28,485 nucleotides of DNA, taken from Macrostomum lignano (Eukaryota). The notes beneath the pieces are model-generated. The model was not told the DNA's origin, made no database searches, and worked only from the letters and a program-made list of their open reading frames with translations. Shown one piece after another: positions 22,801 through 28,485 of this stretch. How positions within the stretch are numbered: the stretch's first letter is position 1; every line of letters starts with the position of its first letter. The stretch covers positions 1-28,485 of the forward strand of contig NIVC01005016.1 of the NCBI GenBank assembly GCA_002269645.1, written 5' to 3'. The position numbers were made by a program, and so were the translations under genes.

Positions 22801-25800
22801 TAGTTCAGAATGAAACTGCAATGGAAAAAACGCACTTTTGGCTTGACTACTCAAACTAATGTTAGACTGTTACTGAAGCAGAGTTGTAATATTGTTTTGA
22901 TCTCTGATCAAATGAACGTATTGCTTATTAAGGCCGCGTCGCATCAGTACTTCTTGACGAACTTGGTCCAGCTCGGGTCGGTCTCGATGGCGTCGCCGAC
23001 GCTCGAGTCAGCGAAGTCAAGCATGCGGCAGGCGCTGCTGGCCCGGTTGAACAGGACGGCCCGGCACTCCCAGCGCTGCACGCAGAGCCACAGGCAGTGA
23101 AACTCCGAGCTCACCGAGGCGTCAGTGTAGCAGTAGACAGGACTGATGTTGCCCAGCCTCAGGAACTCCGCTCGTCGAAGGTATTCGCTGTTCGGCGTCG
23201 CGATCGGCTGGCAGACAAATTTTGTCGCTGAGTTGGCTGGCTGATCTCTCAGACCGGCGTTGCTGACCACCAGAAAGTCGTCGTCAGGGCTATTGTTATT
23301 CGGCGAGTGGTTCATCCATTCCGTATCGTTGAGCACCGGAAACAGCGAGCCGTTGGCGAATCTCCAGCCGCTGCGAGACCACTTAGCCTCAACCAGCAGG
23401 TCCGTCACTCCGATGTAGTAATAGTCAAGCCAGTGATTGACGGCTCGGATGGCAGTCAGGTCTATCAGCAGCTCTCCGCCGATGCCAGGCACAGTCTGGC
23501 TGCGTCGCACCAGCTGGAAACGCTGGGTTGTCGCCGATGTAGAGGCAGCTGCCCAGCCTGTCGATGAACGGAGCGACGCAGAGTCCAGTTGCTATGGCAA
23601 CGAGGCCGCCGCCGAACAGACACAGGAATAGCAGCTCTTTCGGCATCTTTCGACAACGAGAATTAAAGTACGTAGACTCAAACGTACGAGCGTAGCTGCT
23701 ATATAGCATTCCTCAGCTCTTGAGACCCCAATGGCAACTCGGGTTTTTCCGCCACTAATTGGCGGGAGAAAATGGCAATGCTAAGGTGCTTAGCAATTGC
23801 ATTTCGCATTGTTTCATAGGAAGTCAGCTGCGCGCTCCCATACAGCTAGGGGGGGGGGGGGGGTTTACCGGTGCGTTTGTTCTCGCATAAAAAATGCACA
23901 AAACTTCTCAGCGGCTGCTGCCAATGTTTTTTCTTAATTATAACGAGCAAATAACTTCGTGTGTTTTGGCATCTGGGCAAAAAGAAGGAACTGTCTATAT
24001 TTTACAGAAAAACCTACATGACTTGCGGGAAAGATTAAATTATTCAGCTCCTGGTGTAGTCTGGCTGGTACAAGGACCGCTAGAGATGCATGGATTGGAC
24101 GCTTTATTTCATAGAAAATCTTCGACTCCCTCAGTCACGACCTTCAGTTATGTACCAGATTATAAGCTCAAGCCAAACCTGCAGTTTCCACTGTGGCACA
24201 GGTGAGGACACCTGGCCGACAGCTTGGATCATGTCCATGGCCTGCTCAGCCACCCGGCTGGCATGCTCCGGAGTGGGGTCGGGCACTCCGGCCGCCACCA
24301 TGTACGCGTCGCCGATAGTCTCGACTTTGTAGACAGAGTTCGCCTCTGTGGCCGCGTCGAACCGAGAGAACAGGCAGTTTAAAAGTTCCACAACCTGCAT
24401 TGGCGAGCACTGGCCGGCGAGGACCGTGAAGGACACGATGTCCGAGAATAGGATTGTGCAGTCGTCGAATATTTCTGGAAGAGATTTGCAAATAATATTT
24501 GTTAAATAGCTGACAATGAGAACAAACTACAAACTACAAAGACCAATATTAACGGTATTAGTTGACAATTTGAACAAGCTACAAAGAGCACTATTTATTG
24601 GTTGACAATGAGAACAAGCTACAAAGACCAGTGTCTAAGAGTTGACTATGAGAACAAGCTACAAAGACCAGTGTCTAAGAGTTGACTAGGAGAACAAGCT
24701 ACAAAGACCAGTGTCTAAGAGTTGACTAGGAGAACAAGCTACAAAGACCAGTGTCTAAGAGTTGACTAGGAGAACAAGCTACAAATACCAGTGTCTAAGA
24801 GTTGACTAGGAGAACAAGCTACAAAGACCAGTGTCTAAGAGTTGACTAGGAGAACAAGCTACAAAGACCAGTGTCTAAGAGTTGACTAGGAGAACAAGCT
24901 ACAAAGACCAGTGTCTAAGAGTTGACTATGAGAACAAGCTACAAAGACCAGTGTCTAAGAGTTGACTAGGAGAACAAGCTACAAAGACCAGTGTCTAAGA
25001 GTTGACTAGGAGAACAAGCTACAAAGACCAGTGTCTAAGAGTTGACTATGAGAACAAGCTACAAAGACCAGTGTCTAAGAGTTGACTAGGAGAACAAGCT
25101 ACAAAGACCAGTGTCTAAGAGTTGACTAGGAGAACAAGCTACAAAGACCAGTGTCTAAGAGTTGACTAGGAGAACAAGCTACAAAGACCAGTGTCTAAGA
25201 GTTGACTAGGAGAACAAGCTACAAAGACCAGTGTCTAAGAGTTGACTAGGAGAACAAGCTACAAAGACCAGTGTCTAAGAGTTGACTAGGAGAACAAGCT
25301 ACAAATACTAGTGTTTAAGAGTTGACTAGGAGAACAAGCTACAAAGACCAGTGTCTAAGAGTTGACTAGGAGAACAAGCTACAAAGACCAGTGTCTAAGA
25401 GTTGACTAGGAGATCAAGCTACAAAGACCAGTGTCAAAAAGTTGACTAGGAGAGCAAGCTACAAAGACTCGTGTTCAACAGTTGACTCTAGGCTACAGGC
25501 ACTGGAGCACTACATATAAATGAGTGACACAGGGAGAAGACAGCATGTTTAAGCTGTTTACCTGCGGCAACCTTCTTGCCCTGCAACAGCTGGTCAGCAA
25601 CTTTATCCGGCAGCAGTTGCGTCAGCAATCTTCGAGTTCGCTGCTTCTCCTCCTCCAGAGCTTGCGCCATTCGACGCATCTCGCCAGAAATTTCGTCCAA
25701 CCGTTTGGACACTTGAACCTCGGACACTCGCTGCTGATTAACCTGGAGAAGCTCTCTAGTCACGTCGTGAATCGGCAGATCGGACATGCACAGACGTTTC

Positions 25801-27972
25801 TCCATCATCTCGCCCAGAGTGAGAATCCGCGGGGAGGAGATGAATAGAAAGAACTGAGTGTCCTCGAGGTAGATCATCTGACCTGTTAAGGCCAACGGCC
25901 AAGTGCAGTGTTAGAGATGATTGGTACGTACGTACGCTCGTACTACAGTGCACGCGCAATAGCTTAACGACAGAGACCGAGAGCACTTAACTGGAAATCA
26001 AGGCCACTGGAAATCAAGGCCACTGGAAATCAAGGGCACTGGAAATCAAGGGCACTGGAAATCAAGGGCACTGGATATCAAGAGCACTGGAAATCAAGGC
26101 CACTGGAAATCAAGGCCACTGGAAATCAAGGGCACTGGAAATCAAGGGCACTGGAAATCAAGGGCACTGGAAATCAAGGGCACTGGATATCAAGGGCACT
26201 GGAATCAAGGCCACTGGAAATCAAGGCCACTGGATATCAAGGGCACTGGGAATCAAGGCCACTGGAAATCAAGGACACTGGAAATCAAGGGCACTGGAAA
26301 TCAAGGGCACTGGAAATCTAGCTACTGGAAACCAAGAGCACTTTACAATCAAGCTACTGGAAATCAAGGGCACTGGGAAATCTAGCTACTGGAAATCAAG
26401 GGCACTGGAATCAAGGGCACTGGAAATCAAGGACACTGGAAATCAAGGGCACTGGAAATCTAGCTACTGGAAACACAAGAGCACTTTACGATCAAGCTAC
26501 TGGAAATCAAGCCATTGTCAACGAAAATGGAAAAAGCAATATGAAACTCGAACGACTTTCCTTTTGGCTGAATTAGAGAGATCAATATTTGACATTCAAT
26601 CTTAAATTTATTAGAGCAGCAACTTCTGACGTTTAGAGAGACATGTAAAAGTGACCCATTCTCGCGAACCTTTCAGCAGCAAAGAATTCTCGGGCTCTCT
26701 GCTGTCCGGTCGCTTCCTTAGCAGCACAGTGAACGAAGAGTTTAGAAAGCGTTTGATATGCCTGGGCGTGAATTTAATTGGCGGATTGACCAGATCTAAC
26801 GCTTCGGTCAGTTTGACCAGCTTGTCCGAGCTGCGCAGTGTCGGACAGAATTCTTGCACCGCAATGCCGCATTGTCGAACCAGCATTAGCTGGTCGAATA
26901 GCACGTGATAGGGGAAGCAGTGCACGAACACCTCGGTGCTGACTAGGCTGCAGTCGGGATACGACGGTTGGAAATAATCTCCTACGTTCACGGCCAGGGA
27001 CGCTGTTGTTAAGAAGGTCACTCGAATTCTGGCCAGGCTGCGGAATCGGCTGTTCTGAGCCAGCTCGATTGAGTCCGATTCAGAGCCTAACAGGGTCATG
27101 CGAATCTCTGTGCCGAATATCTCCCTAGCAACTGTGGTTAGCATGCCTGCCAATTGAACAAATTGAGATTTTGAGCATATATATAGTCGTTCGGTGCATG
27201 ATGAACGCCTTAAGCAAACTCGTTTCCGTGAGTAGTGTGGTACATACCAACTACGGCTATGTGTTAAAGATAGGACCATTGGTGTAGCATTGAGTTAAAT
27301 ATATCCTGTTCTAAGCCTTTGTATGGTTTCTCCAGAATGCAAGCACCCGCGATAAATGTATTCAAGAAATACATATTTATTAGAAATACATAAAGAACAT
27401 TTTTATGAACTACATACACGAATGCGGTGTAAAAGTGCAAAGCGACCCTAACTTTCCTCGACCCTAACCCTCGTGGGGCGAGAGCTGCACGATAAGCTTC
27501 AGAGTCACATATTATTGTGACCATGAGGTTTTATACCCGTTTCAGCATCGCTTCCTGGTGGTATATGAGCAAACGAAGAGACAAAAATATAAAAAATGGC
27601 AGTTATCATCGCAACCGTTGTATTACCTATCACCCAACCGTTCAAACCTCGTCTAGAGCTGTAATAATTCAATATCATTTCTCCGGATGGATCGTAACTG
27701 TAGCTGAAAAACAATTTGCAAGTAAAATAGAAAGCATTTCACGAAGTAAATCTAAAAAAACTATTGAACAAGCAATAAAAACAAAGACCTGAACGATGGA
27801 GGCACCAAGTCTTTGTTATCAACTTGCAAATAATCGTGCAACGAGTCCAACGAGCCGATAAACTTTTTCAAATCCTGGCCCAATGTGTAGATCATCTTGT
27901 CAAAGCCGTGCTTTTGAAAATAGCGAAACAGATGGCAGCCAAACATTTCGAACATGTCGTCCATTGATTTGT
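19825..27972 (-). CDS. Atypical soluble (H-NOX) guanylate cyclase subunit, 7 exons in window, 5'-partial (about 59 N-terminal aa upstream of the window)
   Basis: Exons on minus: 27972-27789, 27703-27627, 27146-26670, 25882-25562, 24474-24179, 20759-20605, 19978-19825; all GT-AG and phase-compatible. H-NOX ([17 protein letters not shown]), H-NOXA/PAS ([17 protein letters not shown]), coiled coil ([17 protein letters not shown]), cyclase domain ([65 protein letters not shown]), stop TAA 19827-19825. Confidence 0.94.
20386..20575. repeat. (TGAT)n tetranucleotide microsatellite in the last guanylate cyclase intron
   Basis: Long imperfect TGAT run. Confidence 0.93.
20842..21077. repeat. 23-bp minisatellite (TTAGGTCTGTCACACTTTYCTRC), about 10 copies; degenerate copies resume at about 22402-22500 after the mariner
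   Basis: 23-nt periodicity (20849, 20872...); the same unit continues after 22401. Confidence 0.93.
21078..22399 (+). mobile_element. mariner (Tc1/mariner, DD34D) element, 1322 bp, decayed
   Basis: Left TIR CGAAGGGCAGACAGAAAGTCTCGAACTTT 21078-21106; right TIR 22370-22399 (reverse complement CGAGGGGCAGTCAAAAAGTTCTCGGACTTT; 4 mismatches and 1 gap); TA at 22400-22401. Confidence 0.93.
21302..22328 (+). pseudogene. mariner transposase pseudogene (several frameshifts)
   Basis: HTH N-terminus ([26 protein letters not shown]) in one frame; [36 protein letters not shown] in another; ILLQHDN out of frame with a duplicated CAAT; C-terminal [23 protein letters not shown] ends 22328 in a further frame. 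Confidence 0.92.
22944..23646 (-). CDS. Intronless secreted C-type-lectin-like + PAN/Apple domain gene (about 234 aa after repair), nested in a cyclase intron; two 1-nt deletions
   Basis: ATG 23646: [21 protein letters not shown] (signal peptide) [22 protein letters not shown]; +1 T at 23518-23520 gives [12 protein letters not shown]; +1 nt at 23479-23481 gives SGGELL...YYIGVTD...WRFANGS...WMNHSPNN...FVCQ (CTL-like), then [26 protein letters not shown] (PAN-like), TGA 22946-22944. TATATA 23700-23705; AATAAA on minus at 22789-22784. Confidence 0.78.
24510..25489. repeat. 40-bp minisatellite (GTTGACTAGGAGAACAAGCTACAAAGACCAGTGTCTAAGA), about 24 copies, cyclase intron
   Basis: 40-nt periodicity, nearly identical central copies, degenerate edges. 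Confidence 0.97.
25989..26513. repeat. 15-16-bp minisatellite (GGGCACTGGAAATCAA), about 33 copies, cyclase intron
   Basis: Periodicity with 1-nt length variants. Confidence 0.95.
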
Positions 27973-28033
27973 CTGCGAGCATAGGAGGGAAGAACTTGAT
28001 TCAAGGTTTCTTTTTCCAGTTATTCTGAAGCCT

Positions 28034-28478
28034 GAGAGTGATTCAACGCTCGAGAGAGTGATTTCCAGTCTCAGCACTGCACCAAAACCCGAGAGAGTGA
28101 CTCTCAGCACTGCACTAACACCCGAGAGAGTGACTCAGCACTGCACTAACACCCGAGAGAGTGACTCAGCACTGCACTAACACCCGAGAGAGTGACTCAG
28201 CACTGCACTAACACCCGAGAGAGTGACTCTCAGCACAGCACCAATCTTTGGGAGAGTGACTCTCAGCACCGTATCAACTCCCGTCTCCCGAGTGACTCTC
28301 AGCACCGCATCAACTCTCGACAGAGTGACTCTCAGCATCGCATCAACTCCCGAGAGAGTGACTCTCAGCACAGCAACAACTTTTGGGAGAGTGACTCTCA
28401 GCAACTTATTAACTCCCGTCTCCCGAGTGACTCTCAGCACAGCACCAACCTTCGAGAGTGATTCTCAGCAGCACTGCA
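28034..28478. repeat. 31-33-bp minisatellite (CCCGAGAGAGTGACT(CT)CAGCACTGCACTAACA), about 13 copies, cyclase intron running off the window
   Basis: Periodicity; accounts for ORFs 28177..28440 and 28192..28461. Confidence 0.92.
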
Positions 28479-28485
28479 TCAAACA

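Noticed and set aside
27444-27473. CCCTAA telomere-like hexamers; TTAGG start of the 23-bp unit
   Set aside because: Only isolated copies, no tandem telomeric run
1-28478. TGAC/TGAG core present in about 9 of 13 repeat units as a common seeding motif
   Set aside because: A 4-mer pair on either strand of a 20-40-bp unit is common by chance; needs a genome-wide test before it means anything

Overview
Intron-rich animal genomic DNA with standard code and GT-AG splicing; the minisatellite-filled introns suggest a flatworm such as Macrostomum, but that is an unverified guess. From left to right: (1) last exon of a mitochondrial GrpE gene, broken by two 1-nt homopolymer indels; (2) a complete 5-exon endoplasmin/GRP94 (HSP90B1) gene, 786 aa, with an ER-stress-type promoter and its KTEL retention signal on a separate 15-nt coding exon; (3) a 3-exon NadR/Ttd14-like (AAA_28) P-loop gene not visible in the ORF track, whose first intron holds a 2-kb 25-bp satellite and a piggyBac element with an intact 558-aa transposase on the same strand; (4) on the minus strand, 7 exons of an atypical soluble guanylate cyclase (heme-type H-NOX with a distal Trp, alpha-type catalytic half; 5' end outside the window). 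One intron of the cyclase holds a decayed mariner inserted in a minisatellite and a nested, frameshifted C-type-lectin/PAN gene. Roughly 8 kb (about 28%) is tandem repeat, and almost every large intron has its own array. No rRNA, tRNA or CRISPR array was recognised.
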